Program-made: the position numbers and the translations under genes
Notes under the pieces: model-generated
Told to the model about the DNA's origin: nothing
Databases searched by the model: none
The model's input: the letters and a program-made list of their open reading frames with translations, nothing else
Shown here: in pieces, positions 32,782-44,741 of the stretch
How the letters are laid out: every line of letters starts with the position of its first letter
Numbering within the stretch: position 1 is the first letter of the stretch
Source: an uncultured Planctomycetota bacterium
GTDB taxonomy: Bacteria > Planctomycetota > Planctomycetia > Isosphaerales > Isosphaeraceae
Reading direction: 5' to 3'
Length of the DNA stretch: 64,000 bases
NCBI GenBank assembly: GCA_963737655.1
Contig: CAVTTN010000002.1
Location: 7,520,001 to 7,584,000, forward strand

Positions 32782-35251
32782 ATGATCAAAACTTATGTCC
32801 AGTGGTCATCGCCGGTCCCCATCGGCCTGCTCCTGGCCCTGGCCGGTGGGGCGGCGGTCGTCCTGATCCTGCTCGGCCGGATCGCTGGCCGGCCGCTGGC
32901 GTCGTCGAGGCGATGGGGCTTGTGGACGCTCCGCGCGGCGATCGTGGTCCTGGTCGCCGCAATCCTGGCCAACCCGGTCCGCGTGGAAGAAACGCCCGGC
33001 ACGGTCGAGCGGCCCCGGGTCGCGTACCTGCTGGACACCTCGCAGAGCATGGCCCTGGGCGAGCCCGGACGGACGCGGTGGGACCAGGTCCTCACCACGA
33101 TCCGCGAGGCCGACCCCTCGCGAGACCAATCCTCGGGGCCGCGACTGGACCTGTACCGCTTCGGCGATCGACTCTCGGCGATCTCGAATGGGTCCGCCCT
33201 GCTCGGGCCGCGAGGGCCGGTCGCCCGCCCCTCGAGGACGGGGGCGGTGGCCGCGGAGGCCCCGGCCTCCAACGAGCCCCCGCCGGCCCCGACCGACCCC
33301 GATACCCGGCTCACCGCGTCGCTCGAATCGCTGGCCGACCGCTTCGGCCAGGCTCCGCCCTCGGCCGTCGTCCTCTTCTCGGACGGCCGGGCCCGCGATC
33401 CCGCCCGGGCGGAGGCCGTCGCCCGGGGGTTTGGGCACATGAAAATCCCGATTCATGTCGTCCCCGCCGGAGAGGCGACGAGCGGCGGAGACGTCGCGAT
33501 CGTCTGCCTCGTGGCGCCCGGCCTGGTTCGCAAGTCGTCCCGCGTGGGTGTTCAGGTCTTCGTCCGAAGTTTCGGTTACGCGGGCAAGCGCGTGGAATTG
33601 AAGCTCTCGGCGATCGGTGCCGACGGCCGGCCCGGCGCGCCCCTGGCCCCGCCGACCCCCGTGGTCCTCGCCGACGGCCTCTCGCGATATGCGATGACGT
33701 TCCCCTCCGGCGAGGAGGACCGCAAGATCGTCGCCTGGATCGACCCGCAGCCCGGCGAGGTCGGCCTGGACAACAATCGATTCACGGCCGACGTGGCGAT
33801 CGATCATACGAAGATCCGCGTCCTCTATGTCGAGGGATCGACCGAGCGGATCGTGACGAGGCAGGGCGGGTTCCTCGGGATCGGCGGCCGGGAGGTCGTC
33901 AAGGGGGCATATTCGCCCCTTCAAGAGGCGTTGATGGAAGACCCGGACATCGAATGCACGGCCGTGATCCCCTCGGGCCCCGGTGGCGATTTCTCCGCCT
34001 TCCAGAGGAACGACGAGCGTGGCCGGGGCCTTCCCGAGACTCCGTCCGAGCTGTTCGCCTACGACGCCATCGTCCTCAGCAACGTCCCTCGCGAGGCATT
34101 GAGTGACCTGCATTTGCAGTGGATCGACGATTGGGTCGCGAAACGAGGTGCAGGGCTGTGCATGATTGGCGGCCCGCTCTCCTTCGGCTCCGGCCGGTGG
34201 GCGGAGACGACCGTCGGCCGGATGCTGCCGATCGACCTTCCCGCGAACGCGCGAGACTGGCGCGAGGCCACGGCGACTCTCAGCCCGGCCGACTCCGGCC
34301 CCCTCCACCCGATCTGGCACATCGCGGCCGACGATTCGGAGAACCGCGCGTCGCGGAAGTCCCTCCCGCCCTTCCTCGGCGCGAATCGGCCGGGTCGCGC
34401 GAAGCCCTCGGCCGAGATCCTCGCCACCGACGACGGCTCTCCGGCTCTCGCCGTCCAGCCGTTCGGGCGAGGGCGGACGATGGCGATGACGCCGGCCATC
34501 ACCCGGCGATGGGCCTCCGAATTCCAGTCCTGGGGGGGCCGACTCCCGATATTACAAGAAGTTCTGGCGCAATGTCGCCTACTGGCTGACCGAGAACTCC
34601 TCGATCGGCCGCCGCCGCCTCCTGGCCGAGACCGACAAGAGGCTCTACCGCCCCGGCGAGCCGATCCGCATCTCGGCCAGGGCCTTCGACGAGAACGCGG
34701 CGGCGACGACCGAGTATCGAGTGGCCGTCTCGGTCGAGCCAAGGACGGCCGCCGACACGGCGTCGGACCTCTCACCGCTGAGGAGGCCGAGGCCCGACCC
34801 CGCCTCCGCCTTCCTGCCCTGGGGCGAGGAGTTCGACCTCTCGAAGCTCTCCCCCGAACGATCGTACGCCGCCGAGCTGACGATCGCCGATTCGAAGGGC
34901 CTCCCCCCGGGCGTCTCGCCGTCGGGCGCGATTCGGATCGAATTGACGGCATATGAAAATCAAACCCAGGTCGACAGCACCGCGCTCGAGGTCCAGGTCC
35001 TCGACGACCCGACCGAGCAGCAGGACCCGACGCCCGACCACGCCCTGTTGCGCAGGATTGCGGACGCCTCCGGCGGCTCGGTCGTGGACGGGCCGAAGGC
35101 CCTCGCCCAAATCCTCAACAAGATCCCGGCCGTCGTCGGCCCGCCCGAGGTCCGCAAGGCCCCCGCCTGGAGCCGACCCGCCCTCCTCGCCCTGCTGATC
35201 GGCCTCCTGACCACCGAATGGATCTGGCGGAGGCGGCTCGGGCTGGCGTGA
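32782..35251 (+). CDS. Membrane VWA + GATase1-like domain protein (frameshifted at the G7 run 34532-34538)
   Basis: LLDTSQSM, VLFSDG, YDAIVLSNV and GAGLCMIGG..SF..G, then YYKKFWRN and EWIWRRRLGLA in the shifted frame. Confidence 0.8.
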
Positions 35252-35301
35252 AACGATTCGCGGGCGTCTTGGAGAAGACCACCCGAAAAACCACCAAGGA
35301 T

Positions 35302-35391
35302 CACCCCGAGGTCACGAAAAGCACGGAGGAAGACGCAATAGAGGCGGCAGATTTCAGGTATTTTAGCGCCTTTTCTCGTGTTTTTATGGTC
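35302..35391. repeat. Degenerate inverted repeat with ~9-nt periodic arms
   Basis: CACGAAAAGCACGGAG on the left and TTTTCTCGTGTTTTTATGGT on the right; architecture resembles the 49.4 and 54.9 kb elements. Confidence 0.35.
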
Positions 35392-35984
35392 GGATGTTGA
35401 GCTTGTTGGAGTTCTCATGCGAGCACTTCATGGCGCCTTCCTCGACGGATCGCTCACGGCCCTTCCTGACCCCCTAGCCGGCGACTCCTGCTTCTCCCAA
35501 GCTTGGATGCCAAAACTGTGTACTCCTAATTGAAATTATTGATCCCGATCCGAATGAGAAGTGCGGATCCTTCCCCCGAACGGAAATGCGTCAGGTTCTA
35601 TAAATCCGGAAAAATACGAGCAATTCAGAATTGTTGGAAAGTTGACTACAGTTGACAACACTTTTCCTCCGAAATCGTCGGAATGGGCGGTTTTTCCAGC
35701 GAATCGGCCATGCCAGTCACTCGTGCGCGCCGATGGTTCTACATTCATAAATTCCACGATTCGCGAGAAGCAAGTTCCTGGGGGATTGGGACTTGCGAAA
35801 CCGTCCCGATCGCGCCTCGGGCCGGTGGGCGCGTCCGAAAAACTCGACACCGTGCCCGGTCCGGCGAGCATCAACGCATTTGAGCAGGCCGATGGAGGCG
35901 CCGCCTCGCCGATTTCGGGCGATCGCTCGGGGGCCGGGTCCGCGATGATGTTCGGTCCGGTCCGCCGTCGTGGGGGCCGCCGAG

Positions 35985-37715
35985 CTATTTCTTGACGTCC
36001 TTCCGGGCGGCCGTCGTCGCGGCCGAGGCCTCCGTGGCATCAATCAACCCGTCACCGTCCGCGTCGAGCGCCTCGAATTGCGCCTTCGAGCCCAGGAATT
36101 CGCGGCTCGAAAGGTCGCCGTCGCGGTTGCGGTCCATCCGGCGGAACCAGCTCGGGCCATTTCCGACCCCGCCCGCCCTCGGCCCGTCCATCGGCCGGTC
36201 GACCACCGGCCCGGCAATATTGCCCATCCCCACCAGAGACCCCCGGCCCAGGGTCAGGCCGAAGTGGTGCGGGATCTCGTCCGAGGAGACCTTGCCATCG
36301 CCGTTCCGGTCCCACGAGGAGACCCGATCGATGGTCCCCCGAAGCTCGCGCAGGCCGAGCCGGCGGTCGCGGTTCAGGTCAAGAATCGCGAAGATGGCCC
36401 GGCCCTGGTCGGCCGTGGTCAGAAGCAGGCGGCTCCTCGCGGCCTCGGTTTGCTTCTCCACAAATCCCGTCAGCTCCTTGAGATACACCTTGCCATCGGC
36501 GTCGCGATCGAGGACGTCGAACAGGCCGGCGAGCGAGGAAGGGTGGTCTTTGTCCTTCATCATCTCGCTCTTTTCGAGATATCCATTATTATCGGAATCG
36601 GCCTGGTCGAACGCGGCGACGAACGAGGCGAGGGCGGCCTCGGCGGCCCGGGCGCCGTCGTCCACGTGCACTTCCAGGCGGACCTCATCGACCGCGATCT
36701 CCACGTCTCCGCCGCCGAGTTGCTTGACGATCACCTTGGCGGGCAACGTATCTCCCGAGCCCGAAGGCCCCCGGACTGCGACCGTGGCCGCCCCGGCCGC
36801 GTCGGCCGAGAGCGCCACGGCGAGCACCAGATCGGGCGCGCTGGCGGCGAGGAATCGGCGAAGTTCCTCGATGTCGAGCCGGCCGTCGGCGTCCGCGTCG
36901 GCCTTCTGGAACCGCGCCGGTTCGATCCCGAACTCGCTGCGGGCCAATCGATTATCGCCGGCCACGGCGCCGTCGGAAGCACCTCGATCGTACCGTTTCA
37001 TCAAGAGCCGGACGGGCCGGAGCGTGGCATCCTCGCGGTCGATCTCCAGGACCGGAGGCACCGCCGAGAACCGGGCCCGGCGGGTCGAGGGGTCTTCGGC
37101 TCCCATCATGGTCGGGTCGGCGAACGGCTCAAGCTCCGCCTCGTCCACCAACTCGTCGTCATCGAGGTCCAGCTTGAGGAGACCGGCGCCGTCCTTCATT
37201 TCCGCCGGGATCAGGACTCCGTCCTTGTCCCCGTCGAGTTGATCGAACAGGGCGTCCGTCTTGCCTCCCGAGACCTTGCCGACCTCCACGCGGAAGGGAC
37301 CGAGGGCCGTCCGCAGTGCCTCCGCCAGCTCGTCGAGCGAGACCTTGCCGTCCTTCGGATGCATGTCGAGCTCGGTCCGGGGCAGGGCGGTGGCGGAGCC
37401 GTTGGCGACCCGGACGATGGTGGCGAGTGCCGACCGATCCGCCTCCTCTTTCGTGACCGTCCCGTCGCCGTCGCGATCGAGATAGGCGTGCAAAGTCTTC
37501 ACCGAGTCCATCCAGGCCGACCGGAACGGACGATCGCCGAGCGTGACCTCCAGCCGGAGGAAGATGGGCCGGTTGTCGCCCAGGAAGATCAGGTCCTGGA
37601 CCGAATCGCCCGAGGCGGGTCGCGCCATCGCGGGCGGGGACTTCGGCGTTGGCTTGTCCGCCGCAAATGCCGGGCAGGTCAGCAGTAGCGTCAGGAATGC
37701 GATGCCGCGTTTCAT
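35985..37715 (-). CDS. Secreted multi-EF-hand protein
   Basis: Signal peptide MKRGIAFLTLLL; more than 10 DxDxDG-type loops such as DRDGDGTV and DRNRDGDL. Confidence 0.88.
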   Translation of the reverse strand: MKRGIAFLTLLLTCPAFAADKPTPKSPPAMARPASGDSVQDLIFLGDNRPIFLRLEVTLGDRPFRSAWMDSVKTLHAYLDRDGDGTVTKEEADRSALATIVRVANGSATALPRTELDMHPKDGKVSLDELAEALRTALGPFRVEVGKVSGGKTDALFDQLDGDKDGVLIPAEMKDGAGLLKLDLDDDELVDEAELEPFADPTMMGAEDPSTRRARFSAVPPVLEIDREDATLRPVRLLMKRYDRGASDGAVAGDNRLARSEFGIEPARFQKADADADGRLDIEELRRFLAASAPDLVLAVALSADAAGAATVAVRGPSGSGDTLPAKVIVKQLGGGDVEIAVDEVRLEVHVDDGARAAEAALASFVAAFDQADSDNNGYLEKSEMMKDKDHPSSLAGLFDVLDRDADGKVYLKELTGFVEKQTEAARSRLLLTTADQGRAIFAILDLNRDRRLGLRELRGTIDRVSSWDRNGDGKVSSDEIPHHFGLTLGRGSLVGMGNIAGPVVDRPMDGPRAGGVGNGPSWFRRMDRNRDGDLSSREFLGSKAQFEALDADGDGLIDATEASAATTAARKDVKK

Positions 37716-39052
37716 CCCAGGACCTCCTGGATCGCCGTGGCCTTGGGATCGACGATGCGGATCGGGCGGCCCACGTCCGAGATGTTCTGCTTGCCCGGGT
37801 CGATCCCCAGGACGCGACAGACCGTGGCCAGGAAGTCGGGTACCGTCACCGGCCGATCCTTGACCGCCATGCCGTCGGGCCCGGTATTGCCGATCGCCTG
37901 GCCCCCCCGGATTCCCCCGCCCGCCAGGACCGTGGACCACGCCGTGGGGAAGTGGTCGCGGCCGGCATCCTTGTTGATCTTCGGGGTCCGCCCGAACTCT
38001 CCCATCCACACAATCAGGGTCGAATCGAGGAGACCTCGCGACCGAAGGTCGCTCATGAGGGTTCCCCAGGCCGGGTCGAGCGTCCCGCACAGGGCCTTCA
38101 CGGCGTCGAAGTTCTTCTGGTGGGAGTCCCAGCCGAATACGGTCGAGCCCTGGGCGGCCGAGAGCGTGACCTCGATGAACGGAACGCCTCGCTCGACCAG
38201 CCTCCGGGCGAGCAAACACCCCTGACCAAAAGAGTTGCGTCCGTACGCATCGCGGACCGCCGCCGGTTCCTCCTCCAGCTCGAACGCCTTCGCGGCCGGC
38301 GACCTCATCATCTTCACGGCCCGGAGGTAGGCGTCCTGATGGCTCAAGGGGGCGGCCCCGGGATGGGTCGCGAGGAAGTCTTTTGAGAGCGAAGACATCA
38401 GGTTCAGCCGGGAGTCCGCGCGGTTCGCCGTAACTCCCGGAGGCGGGTTGAGGTCCTCCACCCTCAATGAAAGCTTCGAACCCTCCGAATCTCCCAGGAC
38501 CCCCCGTTCTCCCACGATCAAGGGCGCATATTGCGGACCCAGGAACCCCGAGCTGAACGCAGCCGGGTTGAACGCCCGGAACGGCGAAACGCTGACGAAT
38601 CCGGGAAGCTCGGCCGATTCGTCGGCAAACTCCTTCGCCACCAGAGAGCCAAATGTCGGGTAGTGGATCGGTCCGGTCGGCTGATAGCCGGTCCGAAGGT
38701 TGAACGTGGCCCGGCCATGGTCACCTTCCTTCGTGCTCATCGATCGGACGATCGCCAGATCTTTCATCTGGGCCGCCAGTTGCGGCAAGTGTTCCCCGAT
38801 CGAGATCCCCGGAACCGCCGTGGCCAGGGGCTGGAATGGCCCATTATGGGCATGGCCCGGCTTGGGGTCGAACGTGTCGATCTGGCTCGGCCCGCCCGAC
38901 ATCCACAGGAGGATGCATGACTTCCGCCGTTTCGGGTCGGCCGCCGCATGGGCCGCCAGGGTCTCAATCCACCCCGAAGCCGAGGCACCGATCGCCCCGG
39001 CCGAGGCCAGTCGCAGCCATTGCCGACGAGTCAGGCGGTCCGATCGGTCCAT
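37712..39052 (-). CDS. DUF1501 protein with Tat signal
   Basis: TRRQWL, LWMSGGPSQIDTFDPKP, CLLARRLVERGV, GEFGRTP and GRDH. Confidence 0.92.
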   Translation of the reverse strand: MDRSDRLTRRQWLRLASAGAIGASASGWIETLAAHAAADPKRRKSCILLWMSGGPSQIDTFDPKPGHAHNGPFQPLATAVPGISIGEHLPQLAAQMKDLAIVRSMSTKEGDHGRATFNLRTGYQPTGPIHYPTFGSLVAKEFADESAELPGFVSVSPFRAFNPAAFSSGFLGPQYAPLIVGERGVLGDSEGSKLSLRVEDLNPPPGVTANRADSRLNLMSSLSKDFLATHPGAAPLSHQDAYLRAVKMMRSPAAKAFELEEEPAAVRDAYGRNSFGQGCLLARRLVERGVPFIEVTLSAAQGSTVFGWDSHQKNFDAVKALCGTLDPAWGTLMSDLRSRGLLDSTLIVWMGEFGRTPKINKDAGRDHFPTAWSTVLAGGGIRGGQAIGNTGPDGMAVKDRPVTVPDFLATVCRVLGIDPGKQNISDVGRPIRIVDPKATAIQEVLG

Positions 39053-39126
39053 GACAACCTCGTAGAGTGCATGAAGTGCACCGTCTGGGGAAGAGACGTA
39101 GAATTCCGGGGGCTCGTTGGAAGTGA

Positions 39127-40737
39127 TCAATGATTATGCTTAAATTCCGGGCCATTCAGCAGGGCCCAGAACACGTCCGCCAGCGCCGCCGAAAGTTCGG
39201 TCGGCGTTCCAGCCTTCTCGACGTACGCACTCAGGAAACGCAGCTCGTCCGGGGAAGGCCGGCGAGTCAGGGCGGCGAGGTAAAGGGCCTCGATCCGACC
39301 TGGCGTGTCAAGATAGGGTGCCTCGGCGATCGCCGCGAGCGTGTCGCCCGTCTCCGGGTTAGTCGCCCCGGCGACGATCTGCCCGTTCATGAGCGTAAGG
39401 GCCTGGAGAATCGACGTTTGCGCCTCGGTTGGCTTCTCGTCGCGGTTGGCGAAGAGTTCCAGGAATCGCCCCCTGGCATCGCCTCCATAGCTCATCCCGC
39501 CCTCGCCGCTTCGATAGCCCGTGGCCTGGGCCAGACTCTCGAAAAGCTGGCCGGGCGAGAGGCCCCGGACGGTCATGGCCGAGAACAGGGCCGGGGGAGA
39601 TGGGTCGGGCCGATCAACCCGGCTGGTCAGGCCGTAGGCGCGGGTTGCGGTGATGGCGCGGATCAGGTATTTCAGGTCATAATCATGGGCGACGAACTGG
39701 CGAGCCAGGGAATCCAGAAGCTCCGGGTGGGCGGCCTCGTTATCGGCGCCCATGTCATCGACGGGATCGACCAGACCCACGCCGAAAAACCTGGCCCAGA
39801 CTCGGTTTACGGCGGCTCGGGCGAAATACGGATTGGTCGGCGACGTGATCCACTCGGCCAGAACGTCCCGCCCCTCCACCCGCGGCCGCCATAGGGGCTC
39901 GATGCCATCAAGATGGGTGGCCTGCACAATTCGCGTGGTTCCAGGGATCGTCAATTCTTTCCGACCGGAGACCTCGCGAATCGCGCCGGGATTGTCGTCG
40001 GTCCCTTGCCTCTGAACCCCCGCGAAAAACGCCGCAAACCCCCAGAACTCCTCACGTTTCCACTTCGCGAACGGATGGTCGTGGCATTGGGCGCACTCGA
40101 GGCGGATGCCGAGGAAGACGCGCGAGGCCCCGGCGGCGAGGTTCTCCGGCTTCCCTTCCTTGGCGGTGTAGAACGCGACGGGAGTCGCCTCGATCCGGCG
40201 ATCAGTTCCGGAAGTTATTCGCCCACCGAGTTTTGCGGTCAGGACTTCCTTGACGATGTCGTCGTAACCGGCCTCCTCGATCACCTTCTTTCGCAACCAG
40301 GCTTCGAACGGCCACGAGGCGAAGCGAGCCTGGCCATCGGTGTCGGCCTCGGGCAAGAGCAACTGCCGCCAGAGTTCGACCGCGCGAGCCGAGTAGGCCG
40401 GACTCGCGAGGAGCCGCTCGACGAGGATCCGCCGCTTATCGGGGCTGGGGTCGTCGAGGAAATCGCGGGCCTGGGCCGCCGTGGGGATCTTGCCCACGAG
40501 ATCCAGGCTCACGCGTCGGAGATACTCCGCATCATCGGCCGGGCCAACCGGCCTGAGCTTGGATTCCGCCCATTTTGCCGAGAGCATGCGGTCAATCAGG
40601 GCCGTGAGTTCGGCCGAGTCGCGGGACGTTCGGGCCGGGTCGACGCCCTTCTTCCGGGCATCGGCCGACCGGGCCGGTTTCGGGGCGATCAAGACGGCCA
40701 GGATGGCGGCAACGAGCCCGAGGCGACGTGTTCGCAT
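39127..40737 (-). CDS. DUF1549/DUF1553 protein with one CxxCH motif
   Basis: YLRRVSLDLVG.IP, FLGIRLECAQCHDHPF, NPYFARAAVNRVW and WALLN..EF..NH. Confidence 0.92.
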   Translation of the reverse strand: MRTRRLGLVAAILAVLIAPKPARSADARKKGVDPARTSRDSAELTALIDRMLSAKWAESKLRPVGPADDAEYLRRVSLDLVGKIPTAAQARDFLDDPSPDKRRILVERLLASPAYSARAVELWRQLLLPEADTDGQARFASWPFEAWLRKKVIEEAGYDDIVKEVLTAKLGGRITSGTDRRIEATPVAFYTAKEGKPENLAAGASRVFLGIRLECAQCHDHPFAKWKREEFWGFAAFFAGVQRQGTDDNPGAIREVSGRKELTIPGTTRIVQATHLDGIEPLWRPRVEGRDVLAEWITSPTNPYFARAAVNRVWARFFGVGLVDPVDDMGADNEAAHPELLDSLARQFVAHDYDLKYLIRAITATRAYGLTSRVDRPDPSPPALFSAMTVRGLSPGQLFESLAQATGYRSGEGGMSYGGDARGRFLELFANRDEKPTEAQTSILQALTLMNGQIVAGATNPETGDTLAAIAEAPYLDTPGRIEALYLAALTRRPSPDELRFLSAYVEKAGTPTELSAALADVFWALLNGPEFKHNH

Positions 40738-40764
40738 GACCGCTTTCCTCCCTCGAAAATCCTG

Positions 40765-43700
40765 TCACCGTAACGATTTCCGACCTGAGATTCCCCCCAG
40801 GCCGGGCACGTCCCAGAGCTTGGCCGTGCCGTCGAGCGACCCGGTCGCGATCGTCCATCCATCCGATGAACAGGCCAATCCGAAGACCGCGCGTGAATGA
40901 CCCACCAATCTTGCCCGTTCCCCGCCGGTTTCCAGGTCGAACAAGGTAACGCAACCATCCCCACGGCCCGCCACCGCCAGGATTCTCCCATCTGCCGCAA
41001 TTCCCAGGGCCCGGACCGCGGCCGGAAAGCCGCCGAGGGTCAGCTTCGCTCGCCCCTCAGCCAGGTTCCAGAGCCGGGCCGTCGCATCGTGCCCTCCGCT
41101 GGCCAGGATGCGTCCGTCCGGCGAGAAGGCGAGCGTCAGGACCGAACCCGCATGACCCACGAGATCCGCAACCTCAGTCCTGGAATCGACTTCGAAAACC
41201 TTAATTTCACCAAAGGCATCCTTGCGTCCATCCCGGCCCCCGCCACCGGTTGCTATCAGCCGCCCATCAGGGCTAAAAGCCACAGCATGGAGCGAACCGC
41301 GAAACTGGTGGAGATGGGCGATTTCGGTTCGCTGGGCAATCTTCCAGAGCGACAGGACCCGATCTTCGCCGGCCGAGGCGAGGAGAGTCCCATCGGGCGA
41401 AAAAGCAAGGCTCGTCGCCCCTTCGGTCGCCGCAAGTTCCCCGTCGGGAGCGCCATCGGCGACTTTCCAGAGCCGGATCGTTCGATCCCAACTGCCAGAA
41501 GCCAAAGACTTTCCGTCGGGTGAAAAGACGAGCGAGGAGACCCCCCGCGCGTGCCCAACGAGCGTGGCGCGGACTTTTCGGGTCGCCAGGTCCCACAGGA
41601 CGATGTCGCCCGGGGCGTCATAGGCCACGGCCCCGACGGCAAGAATGGTGCCATCCGGCGAAAATGCGGTTGGGCCGAGGCATCCGAGGTCGCCCTTGAG
41701 GCTCGCCCGAGGGGATTCCCGCCGAGCACCCAGGTTCCAGAGCCGAACCGTTCCATCGCGACTCGCCGAGGCGAGGGTCCGGCCATCCGGGGCGAACGCC
41801 ACCGAGGCCACGAGGTCGCCGTGCCCCTTGAGGGTGGCGAGCTTCCGGCCCGAAGCCACCTCCCAGAGAAGCAAATCGCCGCAAGCCTGTCCTGCGACAA
41901 GGAATCGGCCGTTTGGACTGTATGCCGAGCACGTTGCGTCGGCCGCTTTCCACCCGTTCTTCTCAACGAATGTCCCAGGGTCCCATAGATGGATATGTCC
42001 GTCCCCGCCGCATGAGGCGATCGACCGGCCGTCGGGCGAGTAGGAGACGCTGGCGATGGCTCCGGCCCGGCTTACGAACGAACCGAGCCGCTCGCCGGTC
42101 TGGAGCCGGTAGAGTACCACGGAACCTGCCTCGTTCTCCGGCCGATCTCCTGTGGCAATCGCCAGTTGCGTCGAGTCTGGTGAAAATGCGACGGCGGCGA
42201 CGGTCGTGGATTGCCGGAAAGATTCTCGCGGTCGACCAGGCGTCGTCCAGTCCCAGACGAACACCTCGCCATCTGCCCCGCCCGAAGCGAGCAGGCGCCC
42301 ATCCGAACTGAATGCGAGTGATCGGACTGAACCCCTGTGTCGTTCAAGGTTTGCAACGACCTGTCCATCATCCGACCGGACGAGCCGCACCGTCCCGCTT
42401 TCGCCTCCGACGGCCAGGGTCGAGCCGTCGGGAGAAACCGCCATGACCGGCCCTCCCACGGCGAGCGGCTTGCCGAGGACCAGGCCGGTCGATGGATCGT
42501 AAATCGTGATGGAATCGCACTTTCCGGCGACGAAGACGCGGCGACCGTCCGACGAGAAGGCGACCGAACGGGCCTCGTTGGGAAAGTTCAGGATCGAGGC
42601 GGCCGAGAGGATCGGCGAGGCCGGCTCCCAGAGCCGGACTGTCCCATCATAACCTGCGGATGCAAGTTGGCGTGCCCCGGCGCGAAGCTCAGCGACGCAA
42701 CACCTTCGCCGTGGCCGGTTAACGTGGTTCGTTCGCGGCCGGTCCGTACGTCCCAGAGCTTGATCGACGCGTCCAGGCTCCCGCTGGCCAGGGTCTCGCC
42801 GCCCGGGGAGAAGGCAAGAGACAGAACCATATCCTGATGACCCGTGAGAGCCACCCGTTCTCGTCCCGTCCTGAGGTCCCAGAGACGGACCTCGCCGTCC
42901 TCGCCGGCCGAGGCCAGGGTCCGGCCGTCCGGGGCGAAGCGGACCGCTCGAATGGTGCCCGAGTGTCCCTGGAACCTGATCTTCTCACAGGACTTACGCC
43001 AATCCCATAGGATCACCGCTCGGTCGGCGCCGGCGGAGGCCACGGTTGATCCGTCCGGCCCGAACGCGACCGAGCGGACGGCCGAGGTATGGCCGGTGAG
43101 GATCGACAGCGGCGTCCCCGTGGCGGAGTCCCAGAGGCGGATCGTCCGGTCCGAGCCGGCCGAGGCGATCGTCTTGCCGTCCTGACTCACGGCCACGGCG
43201 AACACCCAGTTCGAATGGCCCTCCAGCGTGCGGACGGGTCGGCCGTCGAGGCTGCTCCAGATTCGGATGGAGCGATCGTAACCTCCAGAGACAACATGAT
43301 TTCCGTCGGGAAGAAAAGCCAGGGACGTGATGGTGTCCTCGCCCGGGATGCGGACCTGGAGAGTCCCGGTCCTGGCGTCCCGAATGATGATGGAATGATC
43401 CTCGCCGGCCGTCGCCAGGAGGCGGCCATCGGGCGAATAGGCGACCGCCAGGACGGGCATGCGGGCGAAGCCGGCCGAGGCGACCCGGTCGTCGTGAAGG
43501 AACGTGGAACCGGCCGAGAAGAGGCGAGGCTCGTCTTCCGTGGTAAGTCCAATCGGAGCGGGGGTTTGAGACTCGGCGACGGCCTTGCGAGGGCGTCCGT
43601 ACGGCAGGACGATCAGTGCGAGGATGAGCAGGCCCGCCAGCGCCCGGCCCGAGAGTCGATCGTGGATCGTCCGACGGTTGTCCAGGATGCGGAGAAGCCG

Positions 43701-44741
43701 CCGACGGATCAGCATTCGTGATTCGAATAATCCCAGGGCCGCGGCCGCCGAGGGGATGGCCGAATCGACCGTCCGGCCCACGACGGTCAGGAACCCCTCG
43801 CCGCAATCGTGTCGAGGGACATGACTTGCGGCCAGGGCCATGTCGTCGCACGCGAACTCGCGCAGTTCATCCAGGATCCAGTTGGCCAGGAGCGCGGCCG
43901 GGTGGAAGAAGAACACGGCGCCGACGAGCCTCTGGAACGTGAGCACCCACAGATCCCCTCGACGGACGTGCGCCAGCTCGTGGAGGAGGACCCAGCTCAT
44001 TTGCTTCGGCGTGAGGTCGTCTTCCAGGTCGGGCGGGATCACGACGGTGGGCCGGATCAAACCGCCGACGGCCGGGGAGGTGATCCTGGGGCTAACCGCC
44101 CAACGGATGCAACCCTTGACGCCAGAAGCCTTTCGAAGGGCTTCGAGGTCGATCGCGAGGCATTCGGAGGCGTCTTCCAGGGGGATGGCCTCGCGAAGCA
44201 GACGGCGGAGCGCGAGGACCGATCTCGCGAATCGACCGATCAGCAGCGAACAAACGGCCGCCCATCCGATCATGAAGAGGGCCGGCAGTTGGATACCAGG
44301 CGCCGGAGTTTGGGCCAGGTCGGGCCGAGGCGAGGGATCGCCTCCAGGCTCTGCGGGCCGAATGGCCTCGACGGGCACGGCCGTGGCGGCCACGATCGGC
44401 TCGGGTTCGGGCACGGCGATCACCACCGGGTCCTCGGAGGGGAGGACTTCGGGGACGGTCTCGACCGGGGGAGCGGGCCGGCTCCATTTCGAGGCCCGGA
44501 CCGCGGCCGATCGAATCGAGGCGGACGTGATCGTGTTCCAGGGGACGGGGATCGGCAGGGCCAGCTTCAGCAACACCAGAAGGAACAGCCCGTACGCGAG
44601 TTGCGCCGACATTCTCCGACGCAAAGGGAGCCAGATCGCCAGGACGACCGCCAGCACGAGCGACGCTTCGACCAGCGATCGCAGGACCAGCGAGGCCCAG
44701 ACCGCTCCCCACGCGTTGAGCGTCTCGACGAGGGCGGTCAT
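40765..44741 (-). CDS. BlaR1-like M56 metallopeptidase fused to 21 WD40 repeats (frameshifted at ~42676)
   Basis: HELAHVRRGD and REFACD plus TM helices; one extra base in the CCCC run at 42675-42678 gives PGARQLASAGYDG and a continuous ORF of ~1325 aa. Confidence 0.88.
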
